From: a virus
DNA: 64,000 bases
Direction: 5' to 3' (one strand)
IMG/VR virus record: IMGVR_UViG_3300008108_007099
Span: 27,492-91,491 of that record
In this document: positions 49,138-59,211 of the stretch, piece after piece
How the letters are laid out: each line of letters starts with the position of its first letter
Numbering within the stretch: position 1 is the first letter of the stretch
Translations under genes and position numbers: made by a program
The notes under the pieces: generated by a model
Told to the model about the DNA's origin: nothing
Database searches by the model: none
The model's input: the letters and a program-made list of their open reading frames with translations, nothing else

Positions 49138-51591
49138 TTAGCCGCACTTAGACCAACCGCAATCGCGGCAGACAATGCAACCATCATCTCTTTGAATATT
49201 AGCGCTTTTGCACTCTGGACATTCTTCTCCGTGAACTTTTGTTCCGTCCTTGATGTACTTTTTGAGAGTTCTAGCAAGCACTTTGCTTAGGCTGGCTAAA
49301 TCTCCTTTAGTTTTTTCCAGCTGATGGACCACGAACTCAATGCTGGTTCCATGGCGCAAAGCAGTACTTACCATACGACACAACGCATCGCCGTTTTCGT
49401 GATTGTTTATGTTTGTTAATGGATATGACTCATCATTTGACATAAACAGGTAATTGCTTCGGGCTTTTTTCTTCAAAAGTCCCTTTGACAGATTCTTCTT
49501 AATCATAGGCTGGTCGTTGAGAAGATTCTGGCCGGCAAATACCTCGTAGGGGTCGCCTTCCAAAAGTCCTACTACAACGTAGTATGGCTCGCCTTTGATT
49601 ATGGGGAAATGTACTTCCGCGTCGATCTCCTGTGGTCTTTTTGGAGCATCATTTTTGATAATTTTGTTCTCGGAAACTTTCGTCTCCTTCTTTGGCTTTT
49701 CAATTAACACACCGGTACGACAATTCTTCCTGTACACAGTCATGCCTTTGCAGCCAAATCTCCATGCTGCCTCATAGATTTTTGCCACTTGATCTTCAGT
49801 TACATCTTCTGGAAGATTAACTGTCTTGGAAATAGCATGATCTACATACTTTTGAGCTTCTGCTTGTAGCTTAACAGCAGCAACCCAATCAATATCCTCT
49901 GCGCAGTGACCATACCAAGGAGACTTTGATAAGTCGCTACACCCAGCCACCTTTCGCCATTGTGCTACCTTGGGATGAATGACTTCAAATTCTTGCCAGC
50001 AATCGCCATTTTGATCGCGGAAGTCAATCCTTACGTTCTTGTCTGTGGGATTTACTTTCTTTCGCCTTGTGTATGGATTGAGCATGAATAATGGCTCAAT
50101 TCCGCTTGTTGTTTGAGTCATGATAGATACCGAACCGGTAGGCGCAATCGTTAAATTGGCTATGTTCCTGCGACCATGGATGCTTATATCATTGTAAAGT
50201 TCAGGATCATTTTCCCGAATCATTTGCAGAAATTGAGAGTCTTTTTCCTTTTCCCAATTCCAAATCTTGAACGGCCCAAGCTCTCTTGCCATCTCCATGC
50301 TGCTTCTAAAAGATGCCAAGCAAAGAGTACGCATAATTTTGCCGGTGGTTTCAATGCTTTCATCGGAACCGTATCCTATTCCGAGCGCGGCTAGAGTATC
50401 GCCCAGAGCTGTAATACCAGTTCCGGTTCTACGTCCCTTTTCGCACTTATCATACACTGTCTTCCACAAATCAAGTTCCCGCTGCTTGATTGATTTATCC
50501 TCTGGGTCCTTCTTGACCTTTTCGATAATTGATTGAATTTTCTCCAATTCCATATCGATCATGTCATCCATCATTCTTTGAATGATTTGACCATGCTTGG
50601 AGAACAATTCGAAATCAAAATAAGCATCCTTGGTAAAAGGATTTACCACATAGCTAAACAAGTTCAAAACCATCAAGCGGCAGGAGTCCCAAGAACACAA
50701 TGGCAACTCACTGCAGGGATTAGTACTTATTGTTTTGAAACCTTCATCTGCATAACAATCAACTGCGTTGTATTGGGTTACTTTATCCCAGAACAACAAT
50801 CCCGGTTCTGCGCGGAGCCAAGCATTGTGAATAATCTTGGACCACAATTCTTTTGCTTTTACAATCTTGTCATTTTCAGAAGGCGGAGCATCAACAGGGA
50901 ACCTGAGCCTGAAAGTATCATCGTTTTCAACTGCCTTAAGGAATTCATCACTCAGTAAGACAGAAACATTTGCTCCAGTTACCTTGGTGTCATCATTTTT
51001 GACGGTAATAAAGTTTTCAACTTCTTTGTGAGCAACATTGATGGAAAGCATCAATGCCCCTCTGCGACCACTTTGGCCAACTTCCCTAATTGTGTTGGAG
51101 TACCTTTCCATCCAGCTTGTTATGCCAGTTGAACTTCTGGCAGCATTTTTTACTGGTGCTTGTGCTGGTCTAAGTTTGCTAATATCAACTCCTACACCGC
51201 CTCTTCTCTTGCTTATCTGAGCAAGCATTTCATCTGTGCGCATAATGCCGCCGTAGGAGTCATCAGGGCTCTCTACTACGTAGCAATTACTTAAACTGAT
51301 AATTTGGTTATTGTTACCAATACCAAACATCGGGCTTCCTTGCGGCACCACGTACTTGAATCTGTCCAGCAGTTCGAAGAACTTATTTTCTGAGATGGGA
51401 TCTTTGAATTTCTTGCTCTCAATGCGAGCAAATTCCTTAGCTAATCTCTTGTGCATGTCTGACGGAGTAGATTCTAAAAGATTGCCGTTGTTATCGCGCA
51501 ACGCATACTTATCCAAAAAAACCTTCGCTGCCAATTCGTCGCCTTCAAAATATGATACGGACGCTTCAAAAGCGTTTTCATAAGTGTACAT
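49138..51591 (-). CDS. nrdJ: Class II (B12-dependent) ribonucleotide reductase
   Basis: SNCYV, TNPCSE, RRTG.G, IAPTGS, AISKTVN, KGMTVYR..CR; C-terminal TSCPD-like region and zinc ribbon. Confidence 0.92.
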   Translation of the reverse strand: MYTYENAFEASVSYFEGDELAAKVFLDKYALRDNNGNLLESTPSDMHKRLAKEFARIESKKFKDPISENKFFELLDRFKYVVPQGSPMFGIGNNNQIISLSNCYVVESPDDSYGGIMRTDEMLAQISKRRGGVGVDISKLRPAQAPVKNAARSSTGITSWMERYSNTIREVGQSGRRGALMLSINVAHKEVENFITVKNDDTKVTGANVSVLLSDEFLKAVENDDTFRLRFPVDAPPSENDKIVKAKELWSKIIHNAWLRAEPGLLFWDKVTQYNAVDCYADEGFKTISTNPCSELPLCSWDSCRLMVLNLFSYVVNPFTKDAYFDFELFSKHGQIIQRMMDDMIDMELEKIQSIIEKVKKDPEDKSIKQRELDLWKTVYDKCEKGRRTGTGITALGDTLAALGIGYGSDESIETTGKIMRTLCLASFRSSMEMARELGPFKIWNWEKEKDSQFLQMIRENDPELYNDISIHGRRNIANLTIAPTGSVSIMTQTTSGIEPLFMLNPYTRRKKVNPTDKNVRIDFRDQNGDCWQEFEVIHPKVAQWRKVAGCSDLSKSPWYGHCAEDIDWVAAVKLQAEAQKYVDHAISKTVNLPEDVTEDQVAKIYEAAWRFGCKGMTVYRKNCRTGVLIEKPKKETKVSENKIIKNDAPKRPQEIDAEVHFPIIKGEPYYVVVGLLEGDPYEVFAGQNLLNDQPMIKKNLSKGLLKKKARSNYLFMSNDESYPLTNINNHENGDALCRMVSTALRHGTSIEFVVHQLEKTKGDLASLSKVLARTLKKYIKDGTKVHGEECPECKSANIQRDDGCIVCRDCGWSKCG

Positions 51592-51668
51592 TGTTTCCTG
51601 CTTTCTTTGAAATTAATGACTAAAAAATTATCTACAGCCTTCTTAGAAATTTTAGGTCAAATGCAAAA

Positions 51669-53651
51669 TTAAACCAATATACTTGTTCCATTTTTCATTT
51701 GTAAATTTAGTTCCTGACAACCGTTAAGCAATTCTAAAAGATCGTGGTCGTGTGTGGTCACAACTACCTGTTTTTCTTTGGCTAATTCACAAATCATGTT
51801 GTAAATTCCTTCAACACCGACTGGGTCTATGTTGGTTGTTACCTCGTCAAGAAATACTAAACTCGGCATTCTTCCTGTATTCAAAGTCATTACATGAGCA
51901 AAAGCTTGTGAAAGGGCCAGATTTATTCTCCGCCTTTGACCATTGCTCATGATGTGATAAATCAACGGCTTTCTGTCGGGGAATTTTAAAATTGTTTCCG
52001 ACAGTTCATTGTCAAAATTTATTTCTATTTTTGAATCAATCAAAAACTGAAGCCAATAGTTTACGTTGGCATTAAGCGCGGGAATTACTTCATCAATTAT
52101 GTACTTCCTAATTCCAGAATCGCCGAAGGCTATAGTCCAAAATGCGTAATACTCTGACTGAGTTTTTAAATCATTAATTATTACTTGTTTTGCTGATAAA
52201 GAACTATTTTCCTGTGTAATTTTTGCGTGTGTATCTTCGATCAGAGATGTGTATGGACAACCATTTTCCAAGTCTGTTAATGCTTTTTTGCTCGTTTCTT
52301 TGATGATACGAATCTTTTCTTCCACACCGGCTTTTTTGACAGTGTTGTCAGGTATTTGTATTTTATTGAGAACGCTTATCTTATCCAGCGTGTCTTTCTG
52401 TTTCTTTTCAATAGCTTTTACTTGTTTTAACTTTTCTGCCAAAACTTCCTGCAATGCCTTCTCTTTTGTTTCAAATTGAGTTTTTTGATTATCGTAATCC
52501 TTGCATTTAGCATCTGCTTCAGAGTACTTGACTTTTATATCTTTCAATAGTGATTCGTGTTCTTGCTTTATTGTTGCATAATTATCGGGATTTATGGGCG
52601 CAAAGCAATGCTGGCAGTTAACGCCGGGTTCTAACTTGTCAATTTTTGACAAGACTTCATTTATTTTTTTGCCTTCTGCCACATAATTTTGTTTAACAAT
52701 AACAAATTCATGTTTTTCTTCAAGCAATTTGGTTTTGCTTGAACTAACAGCTTGCAAATCTTTTTCGCAAGATTTTTTATCTTCTTGCAATTTTGCTAAT
52801 TCGGATTTGTATGTTTCAAGGTCAGAAGTAGCTTCTGAGAGCTGCTTTTGCGCCTCTTCAAATTTCTGCACATCCTCAGATAAATTTAAAGATTCAAGCT
52901 CTTTTTCTGCGGAATCTAATTGAGACGCAAGGCTTTTAATTTCGGTTATTTTGGTGCTTTTCCAGAGCTTCAATTTTTCCTTGTAAAGATGCTCTGTTTG
53001 TTCAAGATTTTTTATGTTGCTTTCAATATGTGAGAGTTCCAACTCGGCAGTTTTAATAGACGATGCGTGATCTTTAGCAAGGCTTTTTGCCGTCTCATGG
53101 TATCCGCGATACTTTTCTAAACTCAAAAGATTTTCGACTATGCTTCTTTTTTCGGCTGCATCGCATTCCAAAAAAGAATTGCTGTTATCGTCCGTAAACA
53201 CAAATATGTTTGTGAAAGTTTGGTAGTTTAGCCCAAGAGTGTCTTCAATTAATTTTTGAGTTGCAGGCATCCCGCCCAGTGTAAGTTCGTTATCATTCTT
53301 CCAAAAACGCAAGCTGTCAGGCTTTCGCTTTCTTTCTACCTTATAGTCATCCCAGCACACTTCTACACTTAAGCCTTTAGTGCAGTTTATGTGCATTATA
53401 TCTTTGTGACTTATTTTTTTAGGACTTTTGATAGTCTTTCCAAACAATCCATATACTATTATTTCTGGTATGCTGCTTTTGCCAGATCCGTTCGATGATA
53501 GACGTTCTTCTTCGCCCTTTTTAAGGCTATCTAAATTAACTCCCTTTACCAGAATTATGTTTCCATAATTGGCAAAGTTGAGTTCTATTCCGTCGTCGCC
53601 AAAACACAAAAAATTCTTGGCGGCGATTCTTTTAAAATTAATCTTTTGCAT
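51669..53651 (-). CDS. gp46: Rad50/SbcC-like recombination ATPase
   Basis: NGSGKSS, coiled coil with CQHC hook, MSNGQ, FLDE, TTH. Confidence 0.92.
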   Translation of the reverse strand: MQKINFKRIAAKNFLCFGDDGIELNFANYGNIILVKGVNLDSLKKGEEERLSSNGSGKSSIPEIIVYGLFGKTIKSPKKISHKDIMHINCTKGLSVEVCWDDYKVERKRKPDSLRFWKNDNELTLGGMPATQKLIEDTLGLNYQTFTNIFVFTDDNSNSFLECDAAEKRSIVENLLSLEKYRGYHETAKSLAKDHASSIKTAELELSHIESNIKNLEQTEHLYKEKLKLWKSTKITEIKSLASQLDSAEKELESLNLSEDVQKFEEAQKQLSEATSDLETYKSELAKLQEDKKSCEKDLQAVSSSKTKLLEEKHEFVIVKQNYVAEGKKINEVLSKIDKLEPGVNCQHCFAPINPDNYATIKQEHESLLKDIKVKYSEADAKCKDYDNQKTQFETKEKALQEVLAEKLKQVKAIEKKQKDTLDKISVLNKIQIPDNTVKKAGVEEKIRIIKETSKKALTDLENGCPYTSLIEDTHAKITQENSSLSAKQVIINDLKTQSEYYAFWTIAFGDSGIRKYIIDEVIPALNANVNYWLQFLIDSKIEINFDNELSETILKFPDRKPLIYHIMSNGQRRRINLALSQAFAHVMTLNTGRMPSLVFLDEVTTNIDPVGVEGIYNMICELAKEKQVVVTTHDHDLLELLNGCQELNLQMKNGTSILV

Positions 53652-54711
53652 CTTCTGCAGCCTTGACTATCTTGTTGCCAATTTCAATAAGAATCTTCTT
53701 ATCCAATGCCAAGTTTTGCACTTGTTCTACATAACGTTCAAGTAATTTGTCTTGGTTGGCGATCAAGTCTTTCGCGTCTGCCAGAGCATGTTCGTCCTGC
53801 TTTTTTATCTGTTTTTTGACTTGGACAGTAGAAGCTTTTAATTCCTCTACAACCTTTGCCATGTTTTTCTTATTGCTGTTTGCATCATTGCTTTCGCTTA
53901 TTATGCAAACAAACCCATCTTTAATTTCATTTGCATTGTAATTCTCTATTTCACTTTCCTGTATGTAAAAATGCTTTGGGCTGAAAGTATTCTCGATATA
54001 CGATAAAGAATCATTCGACGCATCCAATAAGAGAATATGTTTGTCTTCATGAGCTTCGCCGAAAGATAATTGCAAAGGACTACCGATGTATTCAACCGTT
54101 TCAGTTAATTTTTGCGCGCTGTGGTAATGACCAAAAAAGGCTCTCTTGTATCTTTTGAACAGATCACAGCCAACTACAGTCATATCTCCATCATGCTCTA
54201 TTATTACATCTGCTACTGAACCAGCTGAGTTTAACCTTGCTCCATCGATGGCCAAGTGCCCCAAAAGATAAGAATTTTCTACTTTGTCTTTTAAATTTTC
54301 AAGCTCCGTTAAAGGTTCATGTGTGTACGGAATGAAATGCCAGTTCGTTCCATGTATATCAATTTCACAGGTTTTGTCTATGACAGTTACATTTTTGATT
54401 GCTTTAAATGGTCTTACGCTACTAACACTCCAACTTGAAGCATACCATAAATCATGATTTCCCAATAATAAATATGTTTGAAAACTTTCGTTTTGGTATT
54501 TTTCAAATACATTGAAAACCAAATTGTAAGTCAAACTGTCAATTTTTTGTCTGTCGTGGAGGAGATCTCCTCCAAAAAGTACTGCATCAACCTTTTTACT
54601 TTTAGCAGTTTCAAATACCCATTCCAAGGCCGCAATACAATGCTGCAACCTCTCCTGACTTTTTTTATGTGGATGTACGTGAAGATCACTGAAAAGCAGA
54701 AAGGTAGCCAT
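53638..54711 (-). CDS. gp47: Mre11/SbcD-like nuclease
   Basis: SDLH, GGDLL, GNHD, GHYH, YIGSP.QLSFGE. Confidence 0.92.
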   Translation of the reverse strand: MATFLLFSDLHVHPHKKSQERLQHCIAALEWVFETAKSKKVDAVLFGGDLLHDRQKIDSLTYNLVFNVFEKYQNESFQTYLLLGNHDLWYASSWSVSSVRPFKAIKNVTVIDKTCEIDIHGTNWHFIPYTHEPLTELENLKDKVENSYLLGHLAIDGARLNSAGSVADVIIEHDGDMTVVGCDLFKRYKRAFFGHYHSAQKLTETVEYIGSPLQLSFGEAHEDKHILLLDASNDSLSYIENTFSPKHFYIQESEIENYNANEIKDGFVCIISESNDANSNKKNMAKVVEELKASTVQVKKQIKKQDEHALADAKDLIANQDKLLERYVEQVQNLALDKKILIEIGNKIVKAAEDAKD

Positions 54712-54747
54712 AATGTAATCATACTACTTTTACAGCCGATTTCAAGT

Positions 54748-55104
54748 TTAAGACTTTTTTTCTTGCTTTTTCAAGCATTTGTCCAGCGCGTTCCAAACAT
54801 CTGTATTTTTCAAATCAATATCAGTAGGTGCTGCTGGTGCTCCTCCCAATCCGCCTCCAAGACCAGACATGTCTGGTCCTCCTAAAGGTGGCGCTGCTCC
54901 TCCTCCTAATCCACCAGCTGGAGGTGTGGCTCCCAAACCGGGATCTCCTCCTATGCCCCCTGCAGGCAACGGTGGCGCTCCACCCATGCCTCCTCCAATA
55001 TCTCCTCCTGTCGGTGGAGCACTTCCAGCACCAGCTGCTCCTCCAACAGGTGCTGCGTCGGCTTCATTAAGCATATTTTTTACGAAATTTCTGAAGGTTA
55101 TCAT
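54748..55104 (-). CDS. Gly/Pro-rich protein, putative internal head protein
   Basis: MITFRNFVKNMLNE; ATAAATA 5 nt before ATG. Confidence 0.7.
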   Translation of the reverse strand: MITFRNFVKNMLNEADAAPVGGAAGAGSAPPTGGDIGGGMGGAPPLPAGGIGGDPGLGATPPAGGLGGGAAPPLGGPDMSGLGGGLGGAPAAPTDIDLKNTDVWNALDKCLKKQEKKS

Positions 55105-55109
55105 TACAT

Positions 55110-55132
55110 TATTTATCCATGATTAATAAATA
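55110..55132. promoter_or_regulatory. Back-to-back T4-like late promoters (ATAAATA on each strand)
   Basis: 55110-55116 (-) and 55126-55132 (+), each exactly 5 nt from an ATG. Confidence 0.65.
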
Positions 55133-55137
55133 ATTTT

Positions 55138-55593
55138 ATGAAGAGCTTTAGAACATGGTTAGAAGATGTCGCGCCATCAGCGATGGATGACCCTACTGTT
55201 GCTGGTATTCCAGATGAAACTCCAGCTGCTAGTCCTGCCGACACAAAAATGACTACAAAACAATATCTTGAAAAATATAAACTTAAACCGTGGAAAGCTT
55301 CCAAAGAACAAATACTTTCTTTTTGGAAAACCGTTGCACCTAATTCTCCTTTAGCTTTAAAACCAATTGCTTATGATCATGAAGGTTCGTCAATTCAGGA
55401 AGATACTGTCAGAATTACTGGTAGCAAGGAATTCATTTCAAGTGTTTTAAGTCGTCTGAAAGACTTTCTTAATTACGAAAATGACAAAACTAAGGTCATG
55501 GTGGCTTACAGACAAAGCCCAAGAAGCTTTTTACCCGGCAATAAAAATTCTTATATTTTCTATTTGCAGGTCATGGAGAGAGGCAAAGATTGA
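55138..55593 (+). CDS. Hypothetical protein, putative internal head protein
   Basis: MKSFRTWLE. Confidence 0.7.
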   Translation: MKSFRTWLEDVAPSAMDDPTVAGIPDETPAASPADTKMTTKQYLEKYKLKPWKASKEQILSFWKTVAPNSPLALKPIAYDHEGSSIQEDTVRITGSKEFISSVLSRLKDFLNYENDKTKVMVAYRQSPRSFLPGNKNSYIFYLQVMERGKD

Positions 55594-55745
55594 TATACTT
55601 CGTGATATTCTGTTAATTCTTCTGTTCTTTTAATTTGATTGTCGATTTTATCCGCGAGGTCCTGTTGTTTTTGCGTCATGTTTATGAATTTGCTATCAAT
55701 TTTTTCCACAAGGGCTTTAATTACCGCAACGTCGTCTAGTATCAT
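55560..55745 (-). CDS. Small coiled-coil hypothetical protein
   Basis: 61 aa; GGAGG upstream. Confidence 0.45.
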   Translation of the reverse strand: MILDDVAVIKALVEKIDSKFINMTQKQQDLADKIDNQIKRTEELTEYHEVYQSLPLSMTCK

Positions 55746-55868
55746 AATGGGACGGACCTCCGTTTTATGGACATAGTATTAATGCTGAAGAATGACTTTT
55801 ACAAGTACATTTGTGTGGAAAAATTTCTGCGGAAACCCTAAAATTAAATTATAGACAGAGGTGCAAAG

Positions 55869-57281
55869 ATGGCAAAAATTTTACTTAAAAACGACATAAG
55901 CCAAATCACAACAAAGAATGAACCTTTGTCTAAATTTCTTTACGAGAATCTCAGATTCCGCGATAGAAATTATTTCCACAATAGAGCTTACAGGCAAAGA
56001 ATTTGGGACGGTTACACGAATTTCTTTAATAAAAATAACGGTAAATTCCTAACTGGATTGCTCCCAGAAATTTTGATGGCTTGCAAAGCCATGAATGAGC
56101 CAGTTGAATTTATTGACCAAAGAACAAATGTTGAATTTTCTGTAAAAGAAATAACCTCATCCTTTTTGCATTCCTGTACACCAAAAGGTTCTACACCAAT
56201 AACTTTGGAAGACTATCAGGTAGACTTGGTAAATACCGCAATCAAGAATAAAAGAGGTGTTATATTTGCGCCAACCAGCGCTGGCAAGTCGTTGACAATG
56301 CTATCCATACTTAAATGCCTACCGTCTGGCACTAAAACTCTTGTATTACAAAACAGAAAAACTCTAGCAATTCAAAACTACGAAGAATATACTAAATGGG
56401 GCCTCCATAATGTAGGACGCATTTGGGGTGGGGTTGATGAGCCCAGTGATATTACTGTGTCTACTGTTCAGTCTATTTCAAAAGCGGAAGATCTTTTGCC
56501 GCAAGTGGAAGTACTTTTAGTTGATGAAATACATGATATGATGAGCGCGGCTCCCAAAGCTGTTTACAGAATGCTAAAAAAATGCAGTGTTAGAATTGCA
56601 GTTTCTGCTACTCCTTTCAAATTTGGAGAAAGCGACAAAATACAAAAATTTTATGTTAAAGGATTCTTCGGCCCTCCCTTCAAAATTAAATCAACAGAAA
56701 CAGGAGTTGTTACAACCAAAGAATTACAAGAGCGCGGAAGACTATCCAAAAGCAAATGTAAATTCTTCAAAATAACATCTCCAGATTTAGAATATGAGCT
56801 TTACCAAGACGCTGTAAATTTGGGCATTGTCGAAAATGCCGAACTTCACGAGAAGGTTGTTAATTTAGCAAACTCACAGTTAGGCAGAACTTTAATTTTG
56901 GTCGATAGATTAGCCCATGGCGATACATTGCAGTCTCTAATACCCAACGCTCTATGGGTTCAGGGTAAGGATAATGATGAAACAAGAAAGCAAGTTATAG
57001 AACAATTGCAAAAATCTGAGAATTGTATAGCCATTGCTACACAAGGTATTTTCAATACTGGAATTAACGTATTTGTGCATACTTTGATTAATGCTGCCGG
57101 TGGGCAAGCAGACCATCAAATAATACAGAGAATGGGTCGCGGTCTTAGAACAGCCAAAGATAAAGAAGAATTACTTTACATTGATTTTATATTTGAAACA
57201 AACCCTTACCTACACAGACATAGCCTAAAACGGGTCAAAATTTTGCAAAAACAGGGACACGATGTAGAAATTCTGGACTAA
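55869..57281 (+). CDS. uvsW: SF2 DNA helicase, UvsW-like
   Basis: WDGY, DYQ, APTSAGKS, DEIH, SATP, TGIN, QRMGRGLR. Confidence 0.88.
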   Translation: MAKILLKNDISQITTKNEPLSKFLYENLRFRDRNYFHNRAYRQRIWDGYTNFFNKNNGKFLTGLLPEILMACKAMNEPVEFIDQRTNVEFSVKEITSSFLHSCTPKGSTPITLEDYQVDLVNTAIKNKRGVIFAPTSAGKSLTMLSILKCLPSGTKTLVLQNRKTLAIQNYEEYTKWGLHNVGRIWGGVDEPSDITVSTVQSISKAEDLLPQVEVLLVDEIHDMMSAAPKAVYRMLKKCSVRIAVSATPFKFGESDKIQKFYVKGFFGPPFKIKSTETGVVTTKELQERGRLSKSKCKFFKITSPDLEYELYQDAVNLGIVENAELHEKVVNLANSQLGRTLILVDRLAHGDTLQSLIPNALWVQGKDNDETRKQVIEQLQKSENCIAIATQGIFNTGINVFVHTLINAAGGQADHQIIQRMGRGLRTAKDKEELLYIDFIFETNPYLHRHSLKRVKILQKQGHDVEILD

Positions 57282-57622
57282 GTTCCGGCTGTCATGATGT
57301 CAACGATATCACCTATGGTGCCATCTATTTCATCAACATTATCTAATTGTTTTCTTTTTGGATCGTCAGGCGGTAATTGTTTATAGAATTGAAGATTTTT
57401 AATTGTGTTTTTTACTCCCATTTGAGTGGAAGTTCCTTTGGGACCCGGCACTTCTTGCGTTTTAAGGTTTCGCAAAGGCTGTTTTCTCAGCTCTCCATTA
57501 CTTCCAATTCCGCCTAAATCAAATGCGCTTCTTAAAATGTCAAGATAATTAGTTTCTTGGTTCTGAATTGTTTCATTCAAAACTGTTAAATACCATGACT
57601 TAAATTCTAGCTTTATTTCCAT
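57278..57622 (-). CDS. Hypothetical protein, putative internal head protein
   Basis: LEFKSWYLTVLNE; TATAAATA 5 nt before ATG. Confidence 0.65.
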   Translation of the reverse strand: MEIKLEFKSWYLTVLNETIQNQETNYLDILRSAFDLGGIGSNGELRKQPLRNLKTQEVPGPKGTSTQMGVKNTIKNLQFYKQLPPDDPKRKQLDNVDEIDGTIGDIVDIMTAGT

Positions 57623-57627
57623 AGATA

Positions 57628-57635
57628 TATTTATA
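57628..57635 (-). promoter_or_regulatory. T4 late promoter consensus TATAAATA
   Basis: Exact match to the gp55 promoter consensus. Confidence 0.7.
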
Positions 57636-57652
57636 GAGGCTTAAGGTATTTT

Positions 57653-58471
57653 TTGATGCAGCATAAATTATTATTTAAAGAGTGGATTGGCAAGAGTCCT
57701 GAAGTTATGTACGGATTTAGGCCAGACGTAAGCAAAATTGAGATTCCATTCTATGAATTGGAGCCAATAGAAGCCTTTAGTGTTGAGAAATGTTTAGAAG
57801 CTTTGGCCGCGACTGGTAAAATAGACGGAAAAGAAGCAAATGACATTTGGAAAACTCAGCTTTCATACGGACATGGATTGGGAAAAGTTAGTGTTACAAG
57901 TTCTCCTTATGGATCCTATAAATTTGTAGTAAGAAGATATGTAACTGATGCTAAAGGTAATTTGGTGCCAATATGCAGGCTTGTAATACCACTAACAAAT
58001 GATTACAACCATCGCGGTCCTAATGACCCCGGCGAAGAAATATTAGCCGTCAAAATGTACGATAAAATTAAACAAATAATGTCAGAACCTTATCCTGCTC
58101 CTAATTGTGACTTTCAAAAAAGATTCGCGCACTTTGTTTACAACTTTAGTAAAGCCGTTAAATTAAAACATCCAAACATCATGGTTTACCAAGGCACTGT
58201 TAAGTTAGACGACAATAATTACATCATCAGTTTTACCTTTAAAGGATATGGTAACGGCGTGCCTAACTCACAAAAAGCAGAAGAGTTTTTGATTAATTGG
58301 CAGTATCTGCCTGAGACTGGATTATTGAGATGCTGGGGTTATGACGTAGTTTCTCCTGTAAAACAACGAGAATGGCAACCTGCTGTAAGTGAATGGGATG
58401 AGTATTTTTGTCCAACTCAGCCAGAAAATCAGATTATGAGTTGTATCATGGAAGCTTTTATGACCTATTGA
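57653..58471 (+). CDS. Hypothetical protein
   Basis: 272 aa; N-terminal LLFKEWI. Confidence 0.7.
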   Translation: MMQHKLLFKEWIGKSPEVMYGFRPDVSKIEIPFYELEPIEAFSVEKCLEALAATGKIDGKEANDIWKTQLSYGHGLGKVSVTSSPYGSYKFVVRRYVTDAKGNLVPICRLVIPLTNDYNHRGPNDPGEEILAVKMYDKIKQIMSEPYPAPNCDFQKRFAHFVYNFSKAVKLKHPNIMVYQGTVKLDDNNYIISFTFKGYGNGVPNSQKAEEFLINWQYLPETGLLRCWGYDVVSPVKQREWQPAVSEWDEYFCPTQPENQIMSCIMEAFMTY

Positions 58472-59150
58472 TTTCAAAATCAAATAAGTTATTATATATT
58501 TCTTTAGCATAATCAACGTTAAATTTATCAAAACTTTTAGAATCAGTTCGCTGAGTAATATCGTTTTTCAATTCTTCTGGCAGTTTTTTAATCCACTCTG
58601 ACAAATAAATGTAAATTGGTTTAATCTTTCGTAAAATTGCAGAAGTTTTAATCTTTGAAGCATTTTCTGCGTATTTTTCAAATGTTAATTCGTCGCCGCA
58701 AATTTTCTTAATTTCTTTCAAGCTCTCAAGCAAATCATACTCCATATCAGCATCTTGCATTGAATAAACTTGTTTTGTTAATTTATTCGCGTTTGCAACT
58801 AACTTATTCCAATAAAACCAGCGCCTTTCAGCTGGATCTCCTGTTAAAATAACAGGCTCGATTAATACAGGCGTGTCTTTTTTATTTATTCTTTTGAATA
58901 TCATCAATTGAGCTTTAATAAATAATTCGTATTCACCAATAGTTTCAAAATCTCTTTCTTTAATTAACTTAAGCATAGTCCTGAAAAGAACACTTTTCTT
59001 CAGGGTTTTAATTTGGGGGGTTTTAGAATGCATGTAATCAGGGAAAATCTTCCGCGATAATTCGACCCATAAACAACATACGCGGTAAGCAGTATCATCT
59101 TTGCCACTGAAACCATGCAACATGCTCATTTCTGGATCGTATTTCATCAC
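58458..59150 (-). CDS. Hypothetical helical protein, divergent from the ncRNA/PolA locus
   Basis: 230 aa; TAGAAT 6 nt before ATG 59147. Confidence 0.7.
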   Translation of the reverse strand: MMKYDPEMSMLHGFSGKDDTAYRVCCLWVELSRKIFPDYMHSKTPQIKTLKKSVLFRTMLKLIKERDFETIGEYELFIKAQLMIFKRINKKDTPVLIEPVILTGDPAERRWFYWNKLVANANKLTKQVYSMQDADMEYDLLESLKEIKKICGDELTFEKYAENASKIKTSAILRKIKPIYIYLSEWIKKLPEELKNDITQRTDSKSFDKFNVDYAKEIYNNLFDFEINRS

Positions 59151-59211
59151 AAAATTCTACATCTAAATCAAATTTGCCACAACTGCAAAACAACTAAAAT
59201 TGGTCATGGAT

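Noticed and set aside
54779-55126. Plus-strand Pro/Gly-rich ORFs
   Set aside because: Antisense to 54748-55104, which has the promoter and the targeting motif.
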